Assembly: GCF_009914755.1 (NCBI RefSeq)
Contig: NC_060946.1
DNA length: 64,000 nt
Reading direction: 5' to 3' (one strand)
DNA from: the human T2T-CHM13v2.0 reference genome, Homo sapiens
The notes beneath the pieces are model-generated. The model was not told the DNA's origin and searched no databases. It worked only from the letters and a program-made list of their open reading frames with translations. Every line of letters begins with the position of its first letter. Position 1 is the stretch's first letter. A program made the position numbers and the translations under genes. Positions 29,581-43,259 of the stretch are shown in pieces.

Positions 29581-30899
29581 CGCGGGGAAAAACTGCACCA
29601 TCTCTGGCAAGCCTAACCCAGCAGCTGTCCTTAAAAGATTCCCAGTTGAGTGTGGTTCGGAGCAGCCCTGAGAAGTGTGCCCTTAGATGGCTTCAAGGGC
29701 TCTGGGCAGTGTTTAAGGAATCCAGCTGACCTCAGTTACTCCAAGCCCTTTTCCACTCAGCAGAACTTCTGGCCACCCGGGTCCTCTATCTGTGGAGCCC
29801 TTCTATCATCCCAGATCCCCACAGGGTGGACTCCCTCTCATCCTCACAATCTCAGCTCAGGCCTTATTCATCACCGCATTCCTGGCACCAGGCCTGGCCC
29901 ATGAGAAATGGGTCAGATTAAGAGCTAAATGTGTTTTCATGGTCACTTGTTTTCTTCAGGTCTCCTTTCTTTGTGCCAATATCTTTGGGTTTCTGGTTAA
30001 AGTTTTCAGCAGCTGCATGCGGTTCCATTTTTCTTACCAGGTAAGAGACATAGCTTCATGAAAACAAAGGCAGAACGCTTGTGACCAGAGAACTCCCAGT
30101 CCTCTCCCTGCATAGGAAAACTGGACTTCTCCGGAAGGCTCCAGCTCCTGGGCAAATCTCTAGGGCCACTTAATTGGGCTATCCCCCACCTTTGTTTCTG
30201 GTTTTGAAGGGACCAAAGTTGGGAATCCTTTTTCAGTCTCTACACACGGAGCCCTTCTTTGGTGGGAAAGTCTTAACATATACCAGGATTCTCACTGACC
30301 TTTCAGAGCCTTCAAGAATCCTGAGCTGCTTTGGCTTCTGTTCCTGGAAGAGAGGCCACTGAACTGCTCTGGAGCTGGATTTCAAGTTCAGATATTCATC
30401 ACTGTTACTAAGCCTTTACATAGCATGTGATTTCTTTCTGGCAGGCTCATGGTCACCTAGGTTTGCTTATATGTAGATGGAGGGTCTGCATCCTCATTCA
30501 GGTAACACCCTCAGTCTTTCATGCTGAGATTGGCCATTTTATTTGTAACTCACTGTACAATCCATTTGCTCTTCGAGTGTCCCTTAGAAGGATGCAGAGT
30601 GTTCTGTAGAATGCCATAGAGACCTGGGTTTAGGGAAAATATTTGACCAAATGTCCACCAACTCACATGAGTATCTCCCCACAACTTGTACAGTGCTAGT
30701 CTCTGGGTATATAGTAAATGAAACCGTGCCTGAGCAGATGTTACAAACACCCTCCACTGTGAGACTGCAGGGCTGCTTTATTCAAGCAACAGTGTGCTCT
30801 AATAAGGTCAGAGTTGAGAGAAACAAGTTTTCATTCCAGCTTTCTCAAAAACTCCCTTTGTGACTTTAGACATCATAATAACACTGCCTAAGTAGTGAA

Positions 30900-31075
30900 C
30901 ACCTCTGTGCCAAGAAATATCATGGTCATTGCCTGAGTTGTAATTCTCACAGTAGTCCTACAGGATAGCTGCTATTACTGCTTATTACGCAGATGGACAA
31001 CCTGAGGCTCAGATGGAGTTAAGTGGCTTAATTGGTAGCAATCGAGCCAGGATTTGAACCCAGGGCTGCCTGATC
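30900..31075. mobile_element. MIR fragment
   Basis: CAGATGGACAACCTGAGGCTCAGA...GAGCCAGGATTTGAACCCAGG, the MIR core. Confidence 0.7.
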
Positions 31076-32505
31076 ACCAAATAAAATTGTATTCAACATG
31101 ATGCACTTAACTTTTCTGGCCTCATTTCTCTCACCTGTAAAAATGCAGGTTTCAGATGTTTGTAATATTTTACCTGTGGTTTAAAGAGTTACCAGCCCTT
31201 CCTCGATGACCCATGGTAAGACCCATGAGCCTTTGAATATAATTATAGAAAACATTTGAAGAGGGATAGAGAAAGACGAGATCATGGCTCCTTTGATAAC
31301 GTCAAATTTTCAGTGCACTAAGCCATACATAGTGCAGTTTTCTAGCTTCCCTTTCACAAACGGTGTTGAAGAAAGTAAATTAAGCAACTCAGCTATCACT
31401 GGGAATGCAGTAGAAGTAATCAAGTCCAGTGCTGGGAGATAGTTGCCATGATATTCCAACATGGACACCAGGATCACAGTCGATGACTATGCCCTCCCTT
31501 GAAGATGGTGGCTTGCCTCTCTTTCTGTAAGCAAATGTCATGTCATAACAGTATTAAACAATTACAAGTAATGTCCCCATCTGCTTCTGCACTGCCTTTG
31601 AAATACTATTTCAGATCTGCCAAAATAAATGGCAAACTCATTAACAAGAAAGCAGGGTGGGGGGTGCATTCATCCCTGCCTTCCTGAGTAGTCTATTCAC
31701 CCAAAGACAAAAGGATGACCAGCTTCCATCAGGGATATTCAAAGACACAGTCACCCTGCCATGCAGCCAGAGGCTGGCAAAGGTCCAATCCCCTTTTTAA
31801 GAAGCTTGTTGGATGAGCTCTTTAAACATACAACCACAAAGGAAAGGCACAGCCAGTGTGAGGGAGGCTGATAAGATGGGCATTTTGTTTGCTTCAAGGT
31901 TAGAATGCAACTTGTCTATCAAAATGTGGTTATCTGACCTCCACAATGCTGCAGTCCAGTTAAATACTGCAAATATTCATCCACCATTTACTATGGATAA
32001 AACAATAATGTGCTGTGGGGAATCCAATTACACAGACACACACACACCCAAGAAAGTGCACACACACGTGGGCACACACACTGCTCCTGCTGCCTCAGAG
32101 CTTCCAGGCCGGCAAGGAGTAAGTGCAAACATTAGTAGGTAAGTCTGCTACCAGGAAGAATATGATAAGTAGATCCAACAGGGTACAACGCAGTATGATA
32201 GAAGCAAACAAGGTTGAGATGAGTTCTGACTCCCTTTCACTTATAAAACTGATTATGGAATAGTTTATGAAAGACTCGCCTGGATGAATCTCATATTTTC
32301 CAAGTGTTTTCTATCCCAGTGATTGGAACTTTTATTCATCTATACCATTGTCCAAAAAGAAAGAACAGGAGATTTTCCTAAGACCATCCTCTGTCTTATC
32401 CCTCATATCCCAAACATCACCAAGCCCTGTCCACTTTTACCTACTCAGTTTCTCTCCACTTGCTCTATTTTCTCCATAAGCACTAGCAATACCTTGGTTA
32501 CATGA

Positions 32506-33514
32506 CATTCTGAGAAACTTCTTTGTGATGTGTGCTTTCATCTCACAGAGTTGAATATTTCTTTTGATTGAGCAGTTTGTAAACAGTCGTTTAGTAGAAT
32601 CTGCAAAGGGATATTTGTGAGACCATTGTGGCCAATGGGGCAATAGGAAATATCTTCACATAAAAACTAGACAGAAACTTTCTGGGAAACTTCTTTGTGA
32701 TATGTGCTTTCATCTCACAGAGTTGAACCTTTCTTTTGATTGAGCAGTTTGGAAACAGTCTTTTTGTAGTATCTGCAAATGGATATTTGGAGCACTTTGA
32801 GGCCTATGGTGAAAAAGGAAATATCTTTACTTAAAAACTAGACAGAAGCATTCTGAGAAACTTCGTTGTGATGTGTGCATTCATCTCACAGAGTTGAAGC
32901 TTTCTTTTGATTGAGCAGTTTTGAAACACTCTTTTTGTAGAATCTGCAAGTGGATAATTGGAGTGCTTTGAGGCCTATGGTGGAAAAGGAAATATCTTCA
33001 CGTAAAAACTAGACAGAAGCATTCTGAGAAACTTCGTTGTGATGTGTGCATTCATCTCACAGAGTTGAACCTTTCTTTTGATTGAGAAGTTTTGAAACAC
33101 TCTTTTTGCAGAAACCGCGAGTGGATATTTGGAGCGCTTTGAGGCCTGTGGTGGAAAAGGGAATATCTTCACATAAAAACTAGACAGAAGCATTCTGAGA
33201 AACTTCTTTGTGATGTGTGCATTCATCTCACAGAGTTGAACCTTTCTTTTGATTGAGAAGTTTTGAAACACTCTTTTTGCAGAAACCGCGAGTGGATATT
33301 TGGAGCGCTTTGAGGCCTGTGGTGGAAAAGGGAATATCTTCACATAAAAACTAGACAGAAGCATTCTGAGAAACTTCTTTGTGATGTGTGCATTCATCTC
33401 ACAGAGTTAAAACTTTTTTTTGATTGAGCAGTTTTGAAACTCTCTTTTTGTAGACTCTGCAAGTGGATATTTGGAACCCTTTGAGGCCTATGCTGAAAAA
33501 AGAAATATCTTCAC
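32506..33514 (+). repeat. Isolated alpha-satellite block, ~6 monomers of 171 bp, no CENP-B box
   Basis: CATTCTGAGAAACTTC-type monomer starts at 32506, 32678, 32849, 33020, 33191 and 33362. Alphoid motifs TCTCACAGAGTTGAA and GGAAATATCTTCACATAAAAACTAGACAGAAG are present. Confidence 0.97.
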
Positions 33515-34967
33515 TACATGATGACCACCAGCAGCAGCTGGGGAAACCAGCACCCTGTGGAATTCCATACGGTGCATAGAATACATCCTCCCTTCAGTCG
33601 GCTTGGGTCAACTTAGGTCATGGGCCACCTGGCTGATAGCAGTTTCCACAGAAATGCTTCAAGATGGTATAATAATCCAAATCTCTTTGCATGGGGCATG
33701 GTGTGGCTATCTGAGAAAAACCTGGCTTTTATAGGAAGGAGAAAGAAGAATGCTTCTTGAGGGGAAGAAACCAACAGGAATGTGCCTCAGGGAAATGTCA
33801 CCAGAGGAGAGTGAGCTGTAATGACTATTTTGGCAGATTATTTCTTGTGGTTCTTGGGTTCCTTGGCCCTGCACAGAGCTACCATTTACTCATTTGACAA
33901 ATATTTGAGTGGTAGACTCCAGGGTTCAATAGTGATCAAAAATGCACAGAATTTCTTCCCTAGTGGAGCTTAGAATCTAACAGAAAGAGCTGACATTAGT
34001 CACAAAATTATGTAATAAGGGAAAGTGCAGCAGACCCAGGTGTGCTGCAAGAGCCTGTGAAGGCGGACTGACCCCAAGACAGAGGCAGGAAAGGATGCCT
34101 CCAGGAAGCAGCAATTGAGCCAAAATCAGGGAGAAAACTAGGCAAAGACACAGTATTCAGGAGGAGGTAGAAGCTGGCCCATGAGGACGGTGGTGTGGAG
34201 AGGTGAACCAATACCCAGGTCCTTGGATTTATTGTTGAGCTGCTGAATGAACCAGGGCTGGCTCTTGCCCAACCTCTGCACTTCTTGTTTTGCAAGGTTA
34301 TAAATTTTTTTATTTAAAAGCTAGTATGAGTTGGGATCTGTTGCTTTTCTGAGACCCCGTCCTGTGAGGTAGACAGGGGGCCTCACTGTACTCTGGGGAA
34401 CTAAAGATGGAGAAGGGTTTTAGAGTGCCTGGAGAAGAGGCCCTTTAACGGATCATTTAAGAAGAGGGTGCTACTGCTAGACTGCCCAGATTCCCTTTCT
34501 GTCTTTGTGACCTTGGACTCTCTGTGTCTGTTTTCCAATCTGAAAAACGGAATAATGATAGTATCTGCCTCTGCCTGCAAGACCCTGACCTATCAGACCA
34601 ACTACCTTTTCACTAGAACTCTCTTCTTGCACTGTGCCCCAACTGGACCACTCATTAAAACTTAAAATGGGCATATTTTCCTTTTCTAGATTTTGCTCAA
34701 GACATTTCCCTCATCAAAATTAAATTTGGTCCATCTCCCCCTATTGGAATTAAACCCATTCTCCAGAAATCAGTTCAAATTTTATCAGCAGAAAGCCTCT
34801 CTCAATTACCCCCACCTTCTTTTATTCTTTGGGCCATTTCTGCTATCATTTCTGTTTTTCTTTTTTTGCTACATATTGGTGTAGGTACATACGATCTCCA
34901 CTTCCACTCAAATGTGAGGTTACTGCGGGCAGTCCCTATGGATATAGTCATATCCCAAGAGTCCTGG

Positions 34968-35243
34968 GCAGAGGGTTTCCCTCTTTCACCCAGGCTGGAG
35001 TGCAGTGGTGCAACCAGAGCTTACTGCAGCCTCAACCTCCTGGGGTCAAATGATCATCTCAGCCTTTCCAGTAGCTGGTACTAAAAGCGGGCACCACCAT
35101 GCTTGGCTAATTTTCATATTTTTCATAGAGACGGGGTTCCACCATGTGCCCTTGCTTGGTCTGAAAGTTCTGAGCTCAAGCAACCCACCTGCCTTAGCCT
35201 CTCAACGTCCTGGAATGACAGCATGAGTTGCCACACCTGGCTG
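34968..35243 (-). mobile_element. AluJ-like SINE lacking its tail
   Basis: CACCCAGGCTGGAGTGCAGTGG...TGAGTTGCCACACCTGGC. Confidence 0.85.
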
Positions 35244-35976
35244 CATGCCGAATACTTTAGAGTTGTTTATGCCTGACACTTCCAGGGCATGCAGAACTAT
35301 GGTGGCATTAACCGACACATTAACCAACTGCCTCACTTACTTTTCTTTTGACTCAGTTTATACATTTTCTTAATTTAAATTTTAATTTCAACATGTATAC
35401 ATCTTTGAAATAAATAAAATAAGCTCTTTGAATGTTTGACATAACGTAGAAGAAATTGACAAATGGACATCTTTACTTCATTTTCTGTCTCAAAATGTGG
35501 TACAAATAGCCTCCCCTAAAGTGATCCCAATTATTACATAGCCATCTTGCTGTGGCTAATGTAGAATGTTTTTGCAGTATCACATGCACGAAGGGCATAT
35601 CCAAAAAACATTTGAGTGAAGATAATACTAGATTCTAGAAAGTATCTAGACACTTAAGAGCAGGTGGTGATGATGTTAATTAATAATAACAATGTTGAGG
35701 GGCTGGCTTCTGCCCTTCCCTAATAAGCATAAAGAGCATATAAACTCAGCAAATTTGCTCTTATTTTCTTCATTATTTGGTTTTTGAATCAGTAAATGCT
35801 TTCCACAGGGGTCATCTTGTTAGTCATCTTGTCATTTTGCTGTGTCCCATCTTCGTCCTTGCAATTTTTCCTTTTTCCCATTTTGGCATGTATTGAGAGG
35901 AGTGTTATGCTGATGAAATGCCCTGTCCTGAATTGCTATCTGATTAGAACTTCCCTCAATTTTTAAAATGCTTCTT

Positions 35977-36365
35977 GACATGGTTTGGATTTGTGCACCC
36001 CCCACCCCCAATCTCATATGGAATTGTAATTGTCAGTGTTGGAGGAGGGGCTTGCTGGAAGGTGACTGGATCATAGAGGTGGTTTCTAATGGTTTAGCCT
36101 CATCCACCTCGTGCTGTCTGATGATAAAGTTCTCCTGAGATCTGCTTGTTTAAAAAGTGTGTAGCACCTCCCCTGACTCTTTTCAGCCATGTGAATATGT
36201 GCTTGCCTCCTTTTCACCTTCTGCCATGATTGTAAGTTTCCTGAGGCCTCCCTATAAGCATAAGTCTGTACAGCCCACAGAACTGTGAGCCAATTCAATC
36301 CCTTTTCTTTTTCAATTACCCACTCTCATGTATATCTTTATAGCAGTGTGAGAACAGATTAATAC
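35977..36365. mobile_element. MaLR solo LTR (MSTA-like)
   Basis: TGACATGGTTTGGAT...TTCTGCCATGATTGTAAGTTTCCTGAGGCCTCCC...CAGATTAATACA. TG...CA ends with a near 5-bp TSD (CTTCT/CTCCT). Confidence 0.88.
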
Positions 36366-36687
36366 ACTCCTCCTCAGAAAGCATTCAATTTAGCTGTGTC
36401 TAAAGTATGCCAGGTGTTCTAGGGTGTTATCTTAGCCAATAATTCTTCCTCTTCAGCAAGATCTATTTGCCTATGACAGCTTGACCTACATTTCCTACCA
36501 TACTTGTCAGTAACAAGTAGCCCATAACATCTGAATGGACTTCATTGAAATCACAGAGGTTCTTTAGTTCTCTACTTTATTAGCAGGCATTCGGGAAACA
36601 CATCAACTTTCTAATTTAATAAGGTGCCTGTTGCTTTGAAAAACTGCTCAAAAGAAGATAGGAGAGGCTTACTTAAAGATATCACTA

Positions 36688-37019
<332 letters not shown>

Positions 37020-37739
37020 TTAGAATAACTAGGTTTTTTTCAACAGTGGAAACTCAAAACAGACAAAATTGTTGTACCTCAAGGTGTGTTGTCGTAGTCA
37101 TATAATTCCTTTGCTTGTAACTGCCCAATAAATGGATGAGGACTCACTTCACCCATAAATAAGAAAGGTGAACAGCACATGGGGCCTGTAGATGCCTTTT
37201 GCAGGGCCCTCTTTTTCTCTTCCTAAAGTTGCAATTTGAGTATTTCTCTAGATGGGCACATCATAGAAACTGTCGTCCTAGATCAGAGCCTGGGGAGAGA
37301 GATACAGGTGTCATGCTTACATCTGCAGAGTGGGAACAAGCCCAGAAAAATCAAGATGATTAAGCAGAGAGCTTCCATACTGGAGATAAACCAGCTGTGT
37401 AAAAAATCATTGCACCAAAAAAGCGTTGCACCATCGAAATAACTGCTTTAACTAAGAAGTAAAGGAACTGATGCCCCAGCAGAGCACAGAGAGCCACAGA
37501 GACAGGAGCTGCATTTCAAACAAGGTCATTGCTGTTGTCCCCACCCTGAGTTAAGTATCTCTGCTTCACCCTTCCTTACCAAAGTTCTGCTTGATCATCC
37601 TTTTGTTTTGTTTTCTTTTTTCTGCACTTCACTTCTTTGAGAAAATATAAACCAAAACCTTACATAAAACAGGAATTGAGCTTTTGACAATGTTAGCTCT
37701 TGAAACAACCGAACAAAAAGGTTTCTATTATTTCTCATC

Positions 37740-37930
37740 TCTGTGCTACCCAGTACAGTAGCCAATAGCCACAGATGACTATTAAAATTAAAATTAATTC
37801 AAATAAAACAAAATTTACAATTTAGTTGGTCAGTTGTACTAGCCACATTTCAGTTACTCAATAGCCACATGTGGCTAGTGGCTACTGAACTGGCCAGCAC
37901 AAATGTAGAACATTTTCATCATCATAGTTC
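37740..37930. mobile_element. hAT-Charlie non-autonomous DNA transposon (MER3-like)
   Basis: TAGCCACATGTGGCTAGTGGCTAC palindromic core and GTAGAACATTTTCATCATC. Confidence 0.7.
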
Positions 37931-39056
37931 TCTAGGCCATGGAAAAATTACTGAACTCAATTTCCAGTGTGCACATTTATTTGTGTACCTAGGAGCTTTT
38001 TGACCCTGTGTTGAGATGCCTAAACAGCTTCCTGATTGACCTCCTGATATTTCTGCAAATGTGGACTAAGAGGCCAGGATTCCTCAAGGCCCAGGTGACT
38101 CAGGTTATTCCAAAATTATATTTGGACTACCAGTCCTCTGCTTGATTTGGGATGCAAAAGGGGACTTCTCTCCCTAATCACTAAAGTAGCTTTTCAATGT
38201 CCCCCTCTCATCACGGTAAGAGTCTCATTTCTTGAGACTCATTTCTTTCCATGACTTATGTTATGTTTTGGAGAGAGTGGATTCAGACAGAAGAGCTGGC
38301 TCTGTGCTGGTTTTCCAGGGGTCAGCCCTTTTGTCAGCGACGAGTCTGCCTCTCTACATGATGTACATTGTGTCCCACTACTGGTAATAGAATCTCAGCA
38401 ATTGATTGACTGTTAGGTTATTTTCAAAGCTCAATATTCACAATAATCTAAAAGACATCCACATAACCACGAGGACAGACAGGGCTCTCATAACCTGCAA
38501 AGGACAAGGTGCAAATTTCTTCTTTCCATCCCAGCAACAAATCGACAACTCAGCCAGCACTAAAAGTTGGGGTAAAAATTAATTAAAAGAAAAATGTATC
38601 AAGGATAGATAAAAGAACAAAAAAGCTATTGCAGCTGTCTTCTCCATGACAGAGGGCTGTGATCTGAATTTTAATGTTTTCATCTACTTTCTACTTTTGT
38701 GTTTCTTTTATTAATTTTTTCACTGTCTCTTATTTGTAGATACAAATTTTTAATATTTGAAAGCTATTTTAAATATAATCTTTAAAAGGAGAAACATTCT
38801 TTTTTTTTTGCACAAAATACTAAAGGTGAGATCCACTGATTGCAATGCAATGGGACAATATATCTGGAAGCAATTTTATCCAGAAAAATCAATAGCTTTA
38901 AAACAATTCACAACCTTGGACCTAATACCTCTACTTCTAGGAAGCTAGCCTATGAAGGTTTCTGCTGAAGGATGTTTATCACAGTATTATTTATAATGTG
39001 AAAAAGCCAAAGAGGAGACCTAAAATGTTTCAAAGATGAAAATGGTTTGATAAAAT

Positions 39057-39347
<291 letters not shown>

Positions 39348-39938
39348 GATAAACAACATATTTAAACTCTAAAATGTTATGCAAGCATTCCAGGCATGCT
39401 TTGGAAAAACTATTAATCCCACAAAAGATGCTTATGTAATTATATAGACTAACAGACCAAGATTCTCCAGGACACTTACTTTGTTAAGTGTCTGAAGTAA
39501 AATGTAATGCTGTATATAAAATGTGACCTGAAGTCAGGTCCCAGTCTTTTCATCTGGAAAATTCTGTTAATTATACTGCCCTTCCCCTTTATAGGTTTTC
39601 TGTAGGAGTTAAAATACACTTTTTCAATTGCTTAACATAATGCTCAACACTGGTAGGGGAGCTATAAATGTCAGCTATTGTCCTATGTGCCAAAAAAAAA
39701 ACCACACAGACGGACACACACACACACAAAGACACACATGGAGGGAGAGTAAGTAAAGATTAGAAAGCAGCACATAGTGTATCGGTAGGCAATGGGACCA
39801 CTAGTGATTTTCATATTCTTTTTTATTTTCTTCTTTATACTGCTTACATTTTCAGTGTTATATAATGAGCATGTATTACTTCTGTAATCAGAAGAAAGTG
39901 GTATAAACCTGACCTTAATATAATAAAACAAAATTACT

Positions 39939-40257
39939 GGCCAGGCACAGTGTCTCATGCCTGTAATCCTAGCACTTTGGAAGGCTGAGACTGGTAAATC
40001 TCTTGAGCTCAAGAATTTGAGACCAGCCTGAGCTCAGTGAGACAGTGAGACCTTGTCTCTGGAAAAAATACAAAAATTAGCCAATGATAGTGGTGTACAC
40101 CTGTAGTCCTAAGTTACCTGGGAAGCTGAGGTGGGAGGGTGGCTTGAGCCCAGGAAGTGGCTGCAGTGAGCTGTGACTGCACCACTGCACTTCAGCCTGG
40201 GTGAAAAAGCCAGACCCAGTCTCATACAAAAATAAAAACAAACAAACAAACAAAAAA
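39939..40257 (+). mobile_element. AluJ-like SINE with (CAAA)n tail
   Basis: GGCCAGGCACAGTGTCTCATGCCTGTAATCC... Confidence 0.9.
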
Positions 40258-40298
40258 GTTATTACTTAAATCTCACATGCTACCTTGGAGCCGTCTCA

Positions 40299-40720
40299 GT
40301 GTTGAGGGAGTCAAGAGACTGGAGAGACCAATGGGTGAGACAGGAGGATTTTATTAAAATGACCACTTGCCCAGTGGATTTGCATCCAAAAGGCTGAGCC
40401 CGGAAAAAAGATGGGGCCTGTTTTTTAAGCATGCAGCTTTGAAAAACTTACAGGGCAGGCTTAGCAAGCTTACAGAAGCAGAACAAAGGCAGTTAATCAA
40501 ACAGTGACAAGTGTATGACTCAAACATGTCTGGTGACCTCTGCTGGGCCACCCAGCAGGCTCTCAGCAGATGGCAACTGTTTTAGGCTTGCACAGGCATG
40601 TCTTGTGACCTTCTCAGGGTCACACCGATGGAAAACAGGAACTTAAAAAATCCTTATAAACTTACAGAAATAGTTACAAAAATAGTTATGAGAGCAGAGC
40701 AAAGAAATATTGGCCTGGGA
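40299..40720 (-). mobile_element. Probable ERV LTR fragment (LTR3/ERVK-like; subfamily and right boundary uncertain)
   Basis: Starts TGTTG. ACAGGAGGATTTTATT contains the reverse complement of AATAAA, followed by CATCCAAAAGGCTGAGCCC, as recalled for this LTR type. Confidence 0.45.
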
Positions 40721-42149
40721 AAGAATCTCAAAGGGGGAAGCTGATAAGAACTTGTTTTTCTCATCCCTGTTCCTGGAGTCCATTCCTTCTGGGCTCTTCC
40801 TGGCCTTGTATATAAAGTTATCTTAGTCCTAGCAGGGCCTTGGACTGAGTCAGCCTGGAACAGGCCAGAACTTAGGTTTTTCTCTTTTTAATTTCTGCTT
40901 TAGTAGGCCAAGGTTCTGATTGTCACTGCTGAGAAAGTAAGGTGTGTTCAGGCTGCCCATGGTTCTGGGCTCCCCCACGTCTCTGAGGAGGGCTGTCCCC
41001 TCCATCACAGAGAATATCAGGACACTAGCCTGTTCCTAGTTATACTTACACACTCCTCTCATGTTGTCTGTGGAGTGGATGCTGCAGGGAGGGTGACATC
41101 CCAGTTAGTCCTAAGAGCCAGACTGCCTGAAGCTCACTGTAACAAGTCCTGCCTTGAGGAAGAAGGAAGTTTGCCTCTGTGAACCTCCCACCTGGGCCGA
41201 AGGGAAGCCACTCTCTCTGCTGCCTCTCCCCAATCTTTTCCTTCTGTGCTCCTAGTGAACCTCTCACCCCCTGCCTACAGGCCTGGAATCTCAAGACCAT
41301 GATGACCTCTCATCACTCCTGAATCCAGAGCTTTCCCTTTACAAAGGGGAAACTGAGACCTGGAGCAGGGCTGATGTTCAGCCAGCGCACAAGGGAATGG
41401 CTGAATTGGTGGTAAAATATTGAAATAGTTCCAGTGTGGATGGAAAGGGGCCACTGCCCTGAGCATCTCTACTGCCCACCTCATCCCTTCCTCCAGGACC
41501 CTGGGTCAGCACCAGGAGTGTCAAAGTGGCCAGGATTGGCCGGAGCCCATGCTAATGGCTCTGCCAGCCCTTCTCCCCACCAGAGAGGGCAGGGGGATTC
41601 AGGCCCTCTAGAGGTAGCATTGTGACCGTGTCTGCAGTAGTCAATCCTTGTGTGCCACAGTCCCTGACTTTGTTGATAAGGGCATCAGCCTACATCCCTC
41701 TGGTACTCAGTGATAAGCATCTAAAATCTTCTTAAAGAAAAAATTTAAAAAGCTTTCAAAATATACGACTTAACATATGAGGCTGCATAAATATCTTTTT
41801 AGCAGTTGTCCAACTGGTGCTTCTGGTTCTGCCTCCCCAGAAAGTGGATGACCGGGCCACCCTCCACCACTGCCCTGTAAGACCATGGGACACACAGGCC
41901 ACCAGTTCTTTTCATGTGGTCATCCCCTGTTAGATGGGAGAAAATACACCTGCCTCATTTTTGTACCTTCTGTGTGAACATTCCACGGCAGAGCTTCACT
42001 AAATGTGTGATGAAGAATTGAATGAATGAATGAATATGAGAGAAAATGAATAAATGGTTCAGATCCTGGGCTGGAAGGCTGTGTATGAGGATGGTGGGTA
42101 GAGGAGGGTCTGTTTTTCTTGCCTTTAAGTCACTAATTGTCACTTTGGG

Positions 42150-42320
42150 GCAGGAGCACAGGCTTTGAATGCAGACTGACTGGACTTTAATTCTGGCTTT
42201 ACTAGTTGTGATTGTGTGACCTTGTGCAAGTTACTTAAACCCTCTGTGCCTGTTTCTTTATCTGTAAAATGGATATAATAAGATGTCAAAGGACTGTGGT
42301 AAGAATTAAATGCTTTAAAA
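42150..42320. mobile_element. MIR
   Basis: TGTGTGACCTTGTGCAAGTTACTTAAACCCTCTGTGCCTGTTTCTTTATCTGTAAAATGG. Confidence 0.85.
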
Positions 42321-42809
42321 AAATCGCAGTTTGTATTAAGTCCTCAATAGATTGGGTTTAGCATCATGAGTGCATGTGTTTCTGGAGCAATGCTCATCTT
42401 GGGCTGGATGGTGCCTACACAGAGAAAGACTCTGGCCTCTTCTCATCCACATGTATCTGTCTTATGCCTGGTTCCCATTCCCAGATCCTTGGAAGATCCA
42501 TATTGCTGAAACGGTGAAGGGTGATGGGCACCTCAGGACAACTAAGCTGCTCCCCAAACATCTTCCCCCTCCCAAACTCTCCTGTGGTCTTTAGCATTTA
42601 ACAGGAATCTCTGGACACTCCAAGGGTTGATCCTCTCATGGAAGACCAGTGGGGAGGAGGCTGCGGGAAAGGTCAGGCACTGTGCACTTCCCTGACAGCT
42701 GCAAATGGTTGTTTCCAAGCCCACTGGTCACTACAAATAAGGCAAGTTATATGACATCATAATGTGATTCTTTGGTGCCTCAGTCCACACTGGCACTTTA
42801 ATACTCCTA

Positions 42810-42968
42810 GAGTGGATTGCATGGTGGTCTATCAAAAGATATGTCTACCTGGAACATGTGAATGTGCCTTTATTTGGAAAACAATCTGCAGATGTAATTA
42901 AATCCAGCACCTTGAGATGATTAGGATGGGCCCTAAATCCAATGACAAGTATCCTTATAAGAAAAGCG
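42810..42968 (+). mobile_element. MLT1 (MaLR) LTR 5' fragment
   Basis: GCAGATGTAATTAA...GGATGGGCCCTAAATCCAATGACAAGTATCCTTATAAGA. Confidence 0.75.
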
Positions 42969-42969
42969 G

Positions 42970-43242
42970 CAGGTAGGGCACAGTGGCTCACACATATAAT
43001 CCCACCACTGAGAGAGGTCAAGGTGAGAGGATCATTTGAACTGCAGGCTTTCAAGATCTGCCTGGGCAACATGGTGAGACCCTGTCTCTCCAAAATGTAT
43101 GTAAAATATAATACAGGCATGATGGCACCCGCCTGTAGTCCCAGCTACCAGCTACTCGGGAGGCTGAGATGAGAGGGTAGCTTGAATCTGGGAGGATGAG
43201 GCTTCAGTAAGCTGTGTTCATGACGCTGCTCTCCAGCCTGGG
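42970..43242 (+). mobile_element. AluJ-like SINE, 3'-truncated at the junction with the GC-rich repeat
   Basis: The Alu ends at CTCCAGCCTGGG with no A-tail. Confidence 0.85.
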
Positions 43243-43259
43243 GGGGCCTCTCCAGCCTG

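Noticed and set aside
32860-33045. CTTCGTTG as CENP-B boxes
   Set aside because: The motif is followed by TGATG rather than GAAACGGGA and sits at the wrong monomer position. The true box position has the non-binding GGTG(A/G)AAAAGGAA type.
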